DNA from: a virus
Taxonomy: Duplodnaviria; Caudoviricetes
Virus record (IMG/VR): IMGVR_UViG_3300020465_001196
DNA length: 64,000 nt
Reading direction: 5' to 3' (one strand)
Below the pieces are notes generated by a model. The model saw nothing but the letters and a program-made list of their open reading frames with translations. It was not told the origin of the DNA and searched no databases. A program made the translations under genes and the position numbers. Shown in pieces: positions 39,486-48,195 of the stretch (within the stretch, counting starts at the first letter, position 1; each line of letters opens with the position of its first letter).

Positions 39486-39805
39486 TCTTTTTTAGGTGTA
39501 ACATCTTTGACCAATTCCATAAATTGTTGGTATTGCTGTGGATAATGTTTTTGTACGTGATCTAGCATACCTTGAACTGTAACTGGCTCTCCATCTGAAG
39601 GTCCTTTTAATACTTTCCAGTTATCATAATCAATTATAACTGTTGATGAATCCCAATGTCTTGTTTTTAATCTATCAACAAAATAAACGTATTCTTGAAC
39701 TCGCCATCTGCCTTCGGTACCAAAGTTTTTCATGGAAGGATTGGCTCCTTCTGCAGGCATATAACTATGTTGAAATACTACGAAATGTCCTTTATTCTTG
39801 CTCAT
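39482..39805 (-). CDS. Hypothetical protein
   Basis: 107-aa ORF. Confidence 0.55.
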   Translation of the reverse strand: MSKNKGHFVVFQHSYMPAEGANPSMKNFGTEGRWRVQEYVYFVDRLKTRHWDSSTVIIDYDNWKVLKGPSDGEPVTVQGMLDHVQKHYPQQYQQFMELVKDVTPKKD

Positions 39806-39812
39806 ACTACAA

Positions 39813-40739
39813 CTATTTATTACGAATTGCTTCTAATTCGACCATAGTTGCCGCTAAATTAATCTCAGGATCTACTACAACTGCATGATTAACAAGCCCT
39901 TCACGTATTGATAATAATGCTCTGTTTTGTTTTTCTTGTGTATCACCAAACCATTCTAAATTTTCATACATCTTTCTGTAAATGTTATCATATTGGTTTT
40001 GATCTGCATTTTCAACAATATACTTTCTTGCTTTTTCAATGTCACCATTTTGGAACATTGCTACATACGTGATTTCTAAATTACCTTCACCTATATCGCC
40101 ATCTTCTGGCTTTTCTAACTTGTCTGTTTGTGAATTCATTTGACAAGTATTAATACATTTTCTTAAATCTGGATAGTTTGCTTTAACATATATATCAAGT
40201 GTATCCATATCAAATTCAACGCCTTCATTAGCAAGTATCTCACCTGCTCTAACAGAAAACATTGTTTTGTCTAATTGCTTAATATGAAAGCCTTGACATC
40301 TAGAATGAATTGCTGGAATAACTCTACGTTCATAATTACAAGTTAATAAGAACCTACAAGTTGATGCATAATGCTCCATTAGTCCACGCAATATTGCTTG
40401 ACCATTTGGAGTAATATAATCTGCTTCATCTAGTAACACATATTTAAAATCACCAAATGGCATTGTTTGAGCAAAGTTAGTAATTTTGTCTCTCATTACA
40501 TCTACAGAGTTTTCATTAGATGCATTTATTTCTAATATATCACCTTTGTCAACTTCAAGTTCATGTAGTAATAATTTTGCTAATGTAGTTTTACCTGTAC
40601 CAGGATCACCACTAAACATTAGGTGAGGTATTGCTTTTGAATCAATCCAACTTTGAACTTGTCGTTCTTGTTTTTCATCACGAAAAACATATTCTTTAAC
40701 TTTTTTAGGTCTATACTTTTCTACCCATAATTCTTTCAT
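39813..40739 (-). CDS. Clamp loader AAA+ subunit (gp44/RFC-small-like)
   Basis: LWVEKYRP, GDPGTGKTT, INAS, LLDEAD, SRC. Confidence 0.93.
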   Translation of the reverse strand: MKELWVEKYRPKKVKEYVFRDEKQERQVQSWIDSKAIPHLMFSGDPGTGKTTLAKLLLHELEVDKGDILEINASNENSVDVMRDKITNFAQTMPFGDFKYVLLDEADYITPNGQAILRGLMEHYASTCRFLLTCNYERRVIPAIHSRCQGFHIKQLDKTMFSVRAGEILANEGVEFDMDTLDIYVKANYPDLRKCINTCQMNSQTDKLEKPEDGDIGEGNLEITYVAMFQNGDIEKARKYIVENADQNQYDNIYRKMYENLEWFGDTQEKQNRALLSIREGLVNHAVVVDPEINLAATMVELEAIRNK

Positions 40740-40819
40740 TATTTCCCGCCTATTAATTTGTTCAAGAGCTTACGCATACAACGTATAGTATAGTATATAA
40801 TTGATGATTTGTCAAATGA

Positions 40820-41176
40820 TTAAAATGTTGTTTTGCTAGATGATTGGATATCATCCGGTTTATTTTCTGAATATCCTAATATGCCTTCTGGATCGGCCTG
40901 TCTAAGATCAAATTCAGATTCTCCGTCATTTATTTTAACTGGCATAGTCCAACGACCATGTTCCATTAATACCCATTGGCCTTCTTTAATCCAATCAATA
41001 TTTGACCCAACTGAATATACTTCAGCCCATCTTGGTCTAATACCGGAGGCACCATCACTAACTGAATCACTTTGAGCTAAAATGATGCCACCTTTGGATT
41101 TTCTCATTCCTTGATCAATGTTTCTAACAAGAACTTTACTTCGCAAAGCTCTTATCTTACCATGTACTGTATTCAT
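40820..41176 (-). CDS. groES: GroES-like co-chaperonin
   Basis: RKSKGGIIL mobile loop; V.SVG..EGQWVL..HGRWT. Confidence 0.8.
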   Translation of the reverse strand: MNTVHGKIRALRSKVLVRNIDQGMRKSKGGIILAQSDSVSDGASGIRPRWAEVYSVGSNIDWIKEGQWVLMEHGRWTMPVKINDGESEFDLRQADPEGILGYSENKPDDIQSSSKTTF

Positions 41177-41181
41177 TTTTT

Positions 41182-41559
41182 TTATTCTTCTACTTCTCTA
41201 ATTTCAATATCACCATTTGGTAATTCAACTTCAACAGTTTTCTTTACCTTTTGTGTAGGTGCTGGTTTTGATTTAGCCGCTTTTGGTTTTGCTTTTTGTA
41301 CTGGTGCACTATCCATTTCTTTTGTTTGAACTGGATCAATAGCGTCTTTAATGCTTACAGTTTTAACAACTGCTTTTGGATTACTCGCATAATAAGCCTG
41401 TGCTTGTTCAGTTTTAGTTTTAACAATATTACCGTTTGCGTCAAGTTGGTCTCCTCTAGCATTTGAATTCATATTTCCAACTGCTACTGCTTTTTCATTT
41501 TTTAAAGCAAGACCTTCTATATCAATCATTTGCCCTTGGTTCGTTCTTCTTTGTGCCAT
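41182..41559 (-). CDS. Conserved phage hypothetical protein
   Basis: RT.QG..ID...NE..VAVGNM..NARGD. Confidence 0.55.
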   Translation of the reverse strand: MAQRRTNQGQMIDIEGLALKNEKAVAVGNMNSNARGDQLDANGNIVKTKTEQAQAYYASNPKAVVKTVSIKDAIDPVQTKEMDSAPVQKAKPKAAKSKPAPTQKVKKTVEVELPNGDIEIREVEE

Positions 41560-41578
41560 AAATAATACTCCTATATAA

Positions 41579-42127
41579 TTATTTATCTTTCAAAAATTCT
41601 GTTATATCTAAGTCATACTTAATAGAATCAACTTTATGAACTCCCATTAAATATAAAACATATGACGAAACTGATGATCCTCTACCAACTCCCCAAACTA
41701 TATCATTATCTCTCATAACTTTAATTAGATATACTAAAAATCTTAATACATTTAATAAACCATACTTTACGTATAGTTCAAGTTCATTATCAACTCTAGT
41801 TTTTTCCTGCTCTGTTTTTGCTAATGATTTTATGTATGCTAATACATCAAGTTGTTTATATTCATCTGGCATATACCAATCAGATTGTAATGCTGTATCA
41901 TAATCTTTTACTGGAATATCTAGTTTTGATAATGTTTTAATTTTTGGCCAATCAATATTAAGATCTGAAAGTACATCATTATACATTTCAATTCTTTTAT
42001 CATTGACTTTTAAATTATCAATATTTTTACCTTGATATATTAATTCAACCAAATCATTACAGTTTACAACTGGTTCACCATAATCATTTGTGTTTGTAAT
42101 TCTACCTGTATCAATCATTATATCCAA
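41579..42127 (-). CDS. Stand-alone fragment of DNA polymerase III alpha (DnaE)
   Basis: RV..EL....L..YL...R...VWGVGRGSSVSSYVLYL.G...VD..KY.L. Confidence 0.8.
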   Translation of the reverse strand: MDIMIDTGRITNTNDYGEPVVNCNDLVELIYQGKNIDNLKVNDKRIEMYNDVLSDLNIDWPKIKTLSKLDIPVKDYDTALQSDWYMPDEYKQLDVLAYIKSLAKTEQEKTRVDNELELYVKYGLLNVLRFLVYLIKVMRDNDIVWGVGRGSSVSSYVLYLMGVHKVDSIKYDLDITEFLKDK

Positions 42128-42142
42128 ATTATATTATATAAT

Positions 42143-42427
42143 TTAAGATTTGTCAATATCTTTGTTTTCTTTTTCTTGTTTTTCTAAGAATTCTTTAAGT
42201 GCCACATCTATTCTTTTATCACCTTTGTAGTACTCATGAATAAAATTGAACATCCAATCGACTACTTCTTTAGGCGAGTGTTCAATTATTAATTTTTGCA
42301 ATATGTAATTAACTCTTTTTTTGAGCTTGTCCGGAGGAAGAACAACTTTTTCAGAAAGGTTTTCCCTCGGACTACTATGCAGATCGTCTTCTTGGTCGTC
42401 CATAAGTTTCTCCACCAGTGCGTTCAT
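42143..42427 (-). CDS. Hypothetical protein
   Basis: ORF; true start may be MDDQED at 42403. Confidence 0.45.
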   Translation of the reverse strand: MNALVEKLMDDQEDDLHSSPRENLSEKVVLPPDKLKKRVNYILQKLIIEHSPKEVVDWMFNFIHEYYKGDKRIDVALKEFLEKQEKENKDIDKS

Positions 42428-42794
42428 TTGAAAGTCTCTGTTTCCATTTTTCGTTAAACTGAGTCATCCAATTTGTTTTTAAAGCCTGAACACAGGCTCC
42501 ATATGTGCATCCTGCTGGTTTGTATGATCTATATAATTTATATGCTTCGTGTTTAATTCTTTCTTCTTCAGCCCATTTGGCATATCTATCTTTAGAAGCT
42601 TGATCTCTTCTAGTTGATAATTCTTTCCAATATTTTTCTCTGGCGTGCCAGCCTTTTAATACTGATTCATCAACTAATTCTCCTGAACGTCTTGCACGTC
42701 TCATCATATTACGAGTTTTACGTCCAACTCTTCCACCTAATCCACCTTTTGAAGTGTAACCTTTTTTAGTATTATTTTTTGGTCCTTTTCCCAT
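42375..42794 (-). CDS. Basic hypothetical protein
   Basis: R/K/G-rich N-terminus. Confidence 0.5.
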   Translation of the reverse strand: MGKGPKNNTKKGYTSKGGLGGRVGRKTRNMMRRARRSGELVDESVLKGWHAREKYWKELSTRRDQASKDRYAKWAEEERIKHEAYKLYRSYKPAGCTYGACVQALKTNWMTQFNEKWKQRLSNERTGGETYGRPRRRSA

Positions 42795-43042
42795 TATTTG
42801 CTTTCCGGTTCATCGCCTACCACTGTAAATGGTTCTTCGTTGAACACTTGGTCGCTGATATCTTTATCTATTCGACCTTTCATTTCTATCATTAAAAAGT
42901 CTAGTTGTCTTTTCATTTGAGCATAGGCTTCATTGTAGCCGCCTCTTTTTTCAATAAAGGCTAACTTATGCTGAATTTCTCTGATCAACTTTACTAATTT
43001 TTCTTGATCTAAATCAGTACGATCAAAAACATTTTCTACCAT
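42794..43042 (-). CDS. Hypothetical protein
   Basis: Start moved to MVENVF after the iscA stop. Confidence 0.5.
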   Translation of the reverse strand: MVENVFDRTDLDQEKLVKLIREIQHKLAFIEKRGGYNEAYAQMKRQLDFLMIEMKGRIDKDISDQVFNEEPFTVVGDEPESK

Positions 43043-43043
43043 G

Positions 43044-43367
43044 TTATGCTCCGAATGATTCACCGCAACCACATGAAGAAGTTGCTGATGGATTTTTAAT
43101 TTCAAACTGAGACCCAAATACTTCACGCACATAATCTATTTCAGTGCCTGCAATAAAAGGAAGACTCATGCTGTCTACAACAAATTTACCTTCTTCTAAA
43201 TTGATTACTTCATCATTTTCATCAACTTTATCCATTGTAGTAAAACTCCAATCATACTTAAAACCTGCACAACCACCACCTAGTACAGATAATTTAACTG
43301 CATCTGTTTTGTGTTGTTTGCACAAATCTATAATTTGTTTTTTTGCTGATTCTGTAAGTGTTATCAT
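43044..43367 (-). CDS. iscA: HesB/IscA Fe-S cluster carrier
   Basis: ITLTESA, GGGCAGFKY, F...NP.A.SSCGCGESF. Confidence 0.95.
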   Translation of the reverse strand: MITLTESAKKQIIDLCKQHKTDAVKLSVLGGGCAGFKYDWSFTTMDKVDENDEVINLEEGKFVVDSMSLPFIAGTEIDYVREVFGSQFEIKNPSATSSCGCGESFGA

Positions 43368-43906
43368 TGTATAGTATTTATCTGTTTTTCAGCTGATATT
43401 CTAGATCTTTTTCTTCTACGTTTTTTTGCTTGTTTTGAAGTGCTTAAAAGCCTATTATAGGTATCTAATTGTCGTTGGTTTTCATTAAACCATAATACAT
43501 ATTCTATTGCTTTTGTTTTTGCTGATGGATTTTCAATTGCATTGATAAACTGTGGTTGATATACTTTTGTATTTTCTTCTGGAAAATACTTTACATAAAT
43601 TTGTTCATCAATAATATGATATTGTTTACCTTGTTTTATCATATATTCTTTTTCATCAGTATAGTTGTATATTTTAATATGTCTTGGCGGAACTTCATCT
43701 ATCCAAAACATACGAGGAAAATACGCAACTTCTCCATCCCAGCAAACACACTCTGGTCTATTTTGTTTTACTTCCCAAGCCATAATGTAAGCTGGTTGAG
43801 AATTTACTGTTCCCTGTGCAACAACTAACTCATCTTCAAAGTTATTCTTACGACCTGAACGCCACACCGTTTCTGTAATATCATATTTGTCATCAGTTGT
43901 TGCCAT
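43364..43906 (-). CDS. Hypothetical protein
   Basis: 180-aa ORF. Confidence 0.5.
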   Translation of the reverse strand: MATTDDKYDITETVWRSGRKNNFEDELVVAQGTVNSQPAYIMAWEVKQNRPECVCWDGEVAYFPRMFWIDEVPPRHIKIYNYTDEKEYMIKQGKQYHIIDEQIYVKYFPEENTKVYQPQFINAIENPSAKTKAIEYVLWFNENQRQLDTYNRLLSTSKQAKKRRRKRSRISAEKQINTIQ

Positions 43907-43912
43907 TTACAA

Positions 43913-44095
43913 TTAAGCCGTTTCTGTTTTTGCTTCTTGTATTTCTTTTCTTCTAACTTTTGCAAGTTTAGTCATTTCAGACAAGGCTTTTCTAGCTCTT
44001 GTACCTGCCGCTTTATTGCCTTTTTCAGCAAACTTATCATTGTTTTCTTTGTATTCATTAAATAGACTTAATAATTGTTGATTAGTTGTACTCAT
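43913..44095 (-). CDS. Histone H1-like (Hc1-type) small DNA-binding protein
   Basis: KF.EKGNKAAGTRARKAL.E..KL.K.RRKEIQ. Confidence 0.8.
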   Translation of the reverse strand: MSTTNQQLLSLFNEYKENNDKFAEKGNKAAGTRARKALSEMTKLAKVRRKEIQEAKTETA

Positions 44096-44117
44096 AATAT
44101 TTCTCCTTATTTGTCTT

Positions 44118-44146
44118 ATTGTAATATTTTTTTAACAAAAAGTCAA
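44118..44146 (-). promoter_or_regulatory. Sigma70-type promoter
   Basis: TTGACT-N17-TACAAT, then AGGAG RBS. Confidence 0.75.
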
Positions 44147-44157
44147 TTAAAATCACT

Positions 44158-44360
44158 AAACCCTGCAATGTCCAGCTATATATTGGCCTAATATATATCC
44201 TTCTTTTACAGGGCTCCGTTATGGTAATACCTTGCGAACAAGTGGCTTACCCAGCCAACTATCGGAAATCCAGTTTTTTTAGGTGTGGTGATAGCCCCCA
44301 CATAGTTAGACACTTTAGCAAAAACCTTTCGCCGCGGTAAAACTCATTATCTCTAACAAC
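44158..44360 (-). ncRNA. Candidate structured ncRNA/sRNA of unknown family
   Basis: GC-enriched ~200-nt gap without a credible ORF; several nested stems; TAAATA at 44366-44371; immediately after hfq. Confidence 0.5.
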
Positions 44361-44371
44361 AATATTATTTA

Positions 44372-44578
44372 TTATAGATCAATTGGATCAATTGGCATGA
44401 TTGTTGATATAGCATTTTTATATACCAACTGCGTGTGTTTATCACGTTTTAAGTTCAACGTATTATCATCATATGATGTAATTTCACCACTTAACTTTAC
44501 TCCGTTAATTAAGAAGATAGTCACTTGGGCATTGCCATCTATCAATGTTTGTATAAATTTTGTTTCGTTATCTTTCAT
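44372..44578 (-). CDS. hfq: RNA chaperone Hfq
   Basis: Sm1 [16 protein letters not shown]; Sm2 [13 protein letters not shown]. Confidence 0.95.
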   Translation of the reverse strand: MKDNETKFIQTLIDGNAQVTIFLINGVKLSGEITSYDDNTLNLKRDKHTQLVYKNAISTIMPIDPIDL

Positions 44579-44626
44579 AGTTTTTCCATTGTAAACTACT
44601 GTCTACTCTTTATTTTATTTATCTTT

Positions 44627-44869
44627 TTACTTATGTGATTTAGTTAATTTCAACAGCATTTGGTACTGTTTGTATGCTTCATTAACTGATGGATAACGTC
44701 TTCTCATGTATTGCTCATGCTTCATTTTTTGCTCTTGATTTTTGAGCTTTCTTTTCAAACTATGAAGTTCATTTATTTCAAAATTTTCATGATATGAATC
44801 TGATTGTAATTGTTTTATTTGAGCCTGCATTTGTTCTAAAGCATACTCTAAATCTTTTTCTTTATCCAT
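44627..44869 (-). CDS. Coiled-coil protein, paralogue of the next gene
   Basis: KHEQYMRRRYPSVNEAYKQY. Confidence 0.6.
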   Translation of the reverse strand: MDKEKDLEYALEQMQAQIKQLQSDSYHENFEINELHSLKRKLKNQEQKMKHEQYMRRRYPSVNEAYKQYQMLLKLTKSHK

Positions 44870-44871
44870 AG

Positions 44872-45138
44872 TTACCTCACTGTTCTCATTACCATTCTAT
44901 ATTGCTTATATGCTTCTTGGTAATTTTTATATGCTTCATTAACTGCTGGGTATTTTTTACGCATATATTGTTCATGTTTTGTTTTTCTTTCTACTTCAGA
45001 AACTTTACGCCTTAAACTTTGAGGATCTGTTTTTTGTGATGTTTTTACTATTGTCCTTCTAGTTATTAATGCTTCTTCTTGAATTAGTTCTTTTAGATCA
45101 TTAAATTCTTGGCGTGTTATTGTTTCTTGCTTACCCAT
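44872..45138 (-). CDS. Coiled-coil protein, paralogue of the previous gene
   Basis: KHEQYMRKKYPAVNEAYKNY. Confidence 0.6.
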   Translation of the reverse strand: MGKQETITRQEFNDLKELIQEEALITRRTIVKTSQKTDPQSLRRKVSEVERKTKHEQYMRKKYPAVNEAYKNYQEAYKQYRMVMRTVR

Positions 45139-46624
45139 TATTATCTATCCACTTGTTGAGTAGTTTAACTCCCCAACCTGTAGCACCACCTTTTGCTGTC
45201 ATAGATCCTTTATCGTTCCAAGTAACACCTGCTATATCAATATGTGTCCAAGGAGTGTCATTTACAAATCTCTGCAAAAATTGTGCCGCTGTTGTTGAAC
45301 TCGCTTCTCCACCTTTACCTACATTGTGCATATCAGCAATAGTTGAGTCAACATATTTGTCATATCTTTCTCCTATTGGATCGCATGGTAAACGCCATAC
45401 TTTTTCATCTACTTGATGCCCTGCATCAATTAATTGCTGTGCCATTAATGAATTATTTGTAAATATACCAGCAAGTTGATCACCAAGTGCAATTGAAATT
45501 GCTCCTGTTAGTGTTGCTAAATTAATCATTGTTTTTGGCTTGTATGTTTCTTGTGTGTACCATAAGCAATCTGCTAATACTACTCTACCTTCAGCATCTG
45601 TGTTGTCAATTTCAATAGTTTGCCCACTCATAGATGTAATAACATCGCCTGGCTTGTATGCATTACTAGATACCATATTTTCTACTAATCCAATAACACC
45701 AACTGCATTAATAGGCAAATTACGTTTTGCAATACTAATCATTGTACCAACAACTACTGCTGATCCACCCATGTCGTATTTCATATCTTTTAAACCTCTC
45801 GATGGCTTAATAGAATATCCGCCTGTATCGAAACACACACCTTTACCAACAAAGGCACTAGGTGCATCACCTTTTTTGCCATTCATCCATTCCATTACAA
45901 CCATTTGAGATTCTCTAGCACTACCTTGACCTACTGCCAATAATGCACCAGCACCCATTTTTTCAAGTTCTTTTTCACCATATACTTTAACTTTAAGTCC
46001 TAAGGCTTCTAATCCTTTAACACGGTCAGCATATGATTTTGGATATAAAACATTTGATGGTTCTGAAATTAAATCTTTTGCAAATGCAATTCCTTCTACC
46101 ATTGCGTTTTTATGTGTATATTCTTCTTGTAGTTTTGTTAAATCAACACCTTCTTGACAAACATCAACATCAAAATCAGTTTCTTCTTTGTCTTTTTTAG
46201 TAAAGTATTTGTCAAACTTATATTGTTTTAACTGCATACCAAAAGCAATATTACTTACAGATGTTTTAATTTCTTTGTCAGTAAACACTAATACACGACC
46301 TTGTGTACCACGTTCTTGCAATTTAGTGTAAACTGCTCCACCAATCTTTTCTAATTTTGCATCATCTAATTTTACTGGGTCACCTACACTAATAAACAAT
46401 GCATCATGACAAGGAAGATTATTAGATGTAATAAAAAAACTATCTAAAAACTTTCCTTTAAATTTATTTTGCCCAAGTGTTTCGTTTAGTAAACCATCAG
46501 TACCTTGATCTAATATACTTGCTGATTGTGATAGCTGAATGTCATCACCTACTTTATAAAGTAAATGTACTTCACAATTACTTTCACCGCTTGATTCTAA
46601 ATCATTTATAAAATTTATTTTCAT
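45131..46624 (-). CDS. pepA: Leucyl aminopeptidase (M17, PepA)
   Basis: VGKGVCFDTGG, MKYDMGG, NTDAEGRVVLAD, ATLTGA, HIDIAG. Confidence 0.96.
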   Translation of the reverse strand: MKINFINDLESSGESNCEVHLLYKVGDDIQLSQSASILDQGTDGLLNETLGQNKFKGKFLDSFFITSNNLPCHDALFISVGDPVKLDDAKLEKIGGAVYTKLQERGTQGRVLVFTDKEIKTSVSNIAFGMQLKQYKFDKYFTKKDKEETDFDVDVCQEGVDLTKLQEEYTHKNAMVEGIAFAKDLISEPSNVLYPKSYADRVKGLEALGLKVKVYGEKELEKMGAGALLAVGQGSARESQMVVMEWMNGKKGDAPSAFVGKGVCFDTGGYSIKPSRGLKDMKYDMGGSAVVVGTMISIAKRNLPINAVGVIGLVENMVSSNAYKPGDVITSMSGQTIEIDNTDAEGRVVLADCLWYTQETYKPKTMINLATLTGAISIALGDQLAGIFTNNSLMAQQLIDAGHQVDEKVWRLPCDPIGERYDKYVDSTIADMHNVGKGGEASSTTAAQFLQRFVNDTPWTHIDIAGVTWNDKGSMTAKGGATGWGVKLLNKWIDNNG

Positions 46625-46884
46625 TTGATCTCCATATCTTTTGTAAGAACTAATGGCGTATCTTCTTCACGTGCTTTACGAGATATTTCTTCTAGTTCTT
46701 GTTTTTCTTTTAGTTCTCGTTGCTCAAATATTTCTATTTGAATTGATTCTTTAATTTCATTAGCAAGTTCTGGCCATTTAGAAACAAAGTTATGAACAAA
46801 GTCATCACGTTGTTTTTGATCCATCCTTGCAATTTGCTCTGTAACGTCAATTAACATATTTCCTTCATATGATTTAACTATCAT
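46621..46884 (-). CDS. Hypothetical protein
   Basis: 87-aa ORF. Confidence 0.5.
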   Translation of the reverse strand: MIVKSYEGNMLIDVTEQIARMDQKQRDDFVHNFVSKWPELANEIKESIQIEIFEQRELKEKQELEEISRKAREEDTPLVLTKDMEIK

Positions 46885-47216
46885 GCTACTACTTCCTCTT
46901 TAGGCATTTCATACATTGGAAATTCTGCTTTACCACGTTTAGGTTCATGCATACCAACTGCCCAACCATTTTCAAGTTCAACCCAATACTTTACAGTCTT
47001 TTCAGGACCAGGCCATCCATAGTTACCTGCATTACGTTGTTTGATTTTTATATCACTAAACTGTTTAGCAGGAATTTCTTTTTTCTTATACTTTCGCATA
47101 TTCCACCACCATTGAAAATCAAGTCCAAGTGTAGTTTCGTTATCCAATTCATGAGAAACATTAAAAACTTCTGATGATGAATATAATCCTAATGGATCGT
47201 TTTTTTTATTTGGCAT
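46881..47216 (-). CDS. Hypothetical protein (WPGPEK..WVEL.NG.AVG motif)
   Basis: 111-aa ORF. Confidence 0.55.
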   Translation of the reverse strand: MPNKKNDPLGLYSSSEVFNVSHELDNETTLGLDFQWWWNMRKYKKKEIPAKQFSDIKIKQRNAGNYGWPGPEKTVKYWVELENGWAVGMHEPKRGKAEFPMYEMPKEEVVA

Positions 47217-47424
47217 TTAGCTCTCCTTTGTAGTTGATCTTAGTTTTAGTTTCTGTATTCCAAATATAGTGATGTGGAAATGCTTTTGGTCTTTTATCTT
47301 TTAATTCTAACATGGCTTGTTGAGCATCATCTTCTGTTTTAAATTGTGCTACAACTAATTCATCTTGTATTCTAGGTATATACCAAATCTCATACATTAC
47401 TTTACCTCCACTGGTCCGTACCAT
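47206..47424 (-). CDS. Hypothetical protein
   Basis: Likely start MYEIWY. Confidence 0.45.
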   Translation of the reverse strand: MVRTSGGKVMYEIWYIPRIQDELVVAQFKTEDDAQQAMLELKDKRPKAFPHHYIWNTETKTKINYKGELNAK

Positions 47425-47741
47425 TGTTCAAATTCAAATTGAAAATCTTCATCATATTTTACATAATGCCAAACACTATCTTTTTCTTTTTGTGATGCTG
47501 TAGAAACTATATCTGTAAATACCTGTTGTTGTTCTTCACTTGCTTGTTCTTTTAATTCTTCTACTTTGTCAAATTCTTCATCAGTTTCAGCATTGTCTTC
47601 TAATTCAGATGCTTGATCCCAAAGATCCCAAACTTCATTATGTGCATCTTCATTCCAACTATTAATCAATTCCCAAGCTTCATCTCTTGATAATAAATCT
47701 TGTTTTAGTATATCTACTACTTGTTGTTCTTTGTCAGCCAT
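47397..47741 (-). CDS. Acidic hypothetical protein
   Basis: Start moved to MADKEQ. Confidence 0.5.
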   Translation of the reverse strand: MADKEQQVVDILKQDLLSRDEAWELINSWNEDAHNEVWDLWDQASELEDNAETDEEFDKVEELKEQASEEQQQVFTDIVSTASQKEKDSVWHYVKYDEDFQFEFEQWYGPVEVK

Positions 47742-47869
47742 TAGTAACTCGCATATACTACAAATAAGATACAAGCAATGAATCCTGCAATCAATACATG
47801 ATTACCAAGATTCCACCAACTTGTACCTACTGTGTGTTTGTTTTTTGGATCTATAAATTTATTTTGCAT
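47741..47869 (-). CDS. 42-aa membrane peptide MQNKFIDPKNKHTVGTSWWNLGNHVLIAGFIACILFVVYASY
   Basis: TAATG coupling at both ends; missed by the ORF track. Confidence 0.6.
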   Translation of the reverse strand: MQNKFIDPKNKHTVGTSWWNLGNHVLIAGFIACILFVVYASY

Positions 47870-48195
47870 TAATCTCTTGTTTGTAAATGTTCTGGTATTG
47901 TATCAACACAAAAGAATGTTAAATTTTCTTCTTCAACTGCTCTCATTACTTTACAATCTTTACCAGTTACTTTTGATATAATATGATCAGTTGTTGTTTT
48001 TTCACCATTTAATGTTTGTGCAATATCTACACCAGTTTTTGCAATAGTAATTGTTTTATAAGTTTGATAAGAACCAGATGCTGTTGCTGTTGCACTACTT
48101 CCAACTAAAAAACTAGGGGCCGCACATCCTTGTAATAATACAAGTACACTTATCCATAACAACATTAAAAATAATATTGGTCTGTCATTCATCAT
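47869..48195 (-). CDS. Lipoprotein
   Basis: Signal peptide with lipobox LQGC. Confidence 0.65.
   Translation of the reverse strand: MMNDRPILFLMLLWISVLVLLQGCAAPSFLVGSSATATASGSYQTYKTITIAKTGVDIAQTLNGEKTTTDHIISKVTGKDCKVMRAVEEENLTFFCVDTIPEHLQTRD

Noticed and set aside
44158-44360. Assignment of the post-hfq RNA as tmRNA, 6S, SRP, a second RNase P or a hammerhead
   Set aside because: No T-arm/CCA or tag frame ending in AA-stop, no single long hairpin with a central bubble, no SRP helix-8 motif, no GAGGAAAGUC, no CUGANGA
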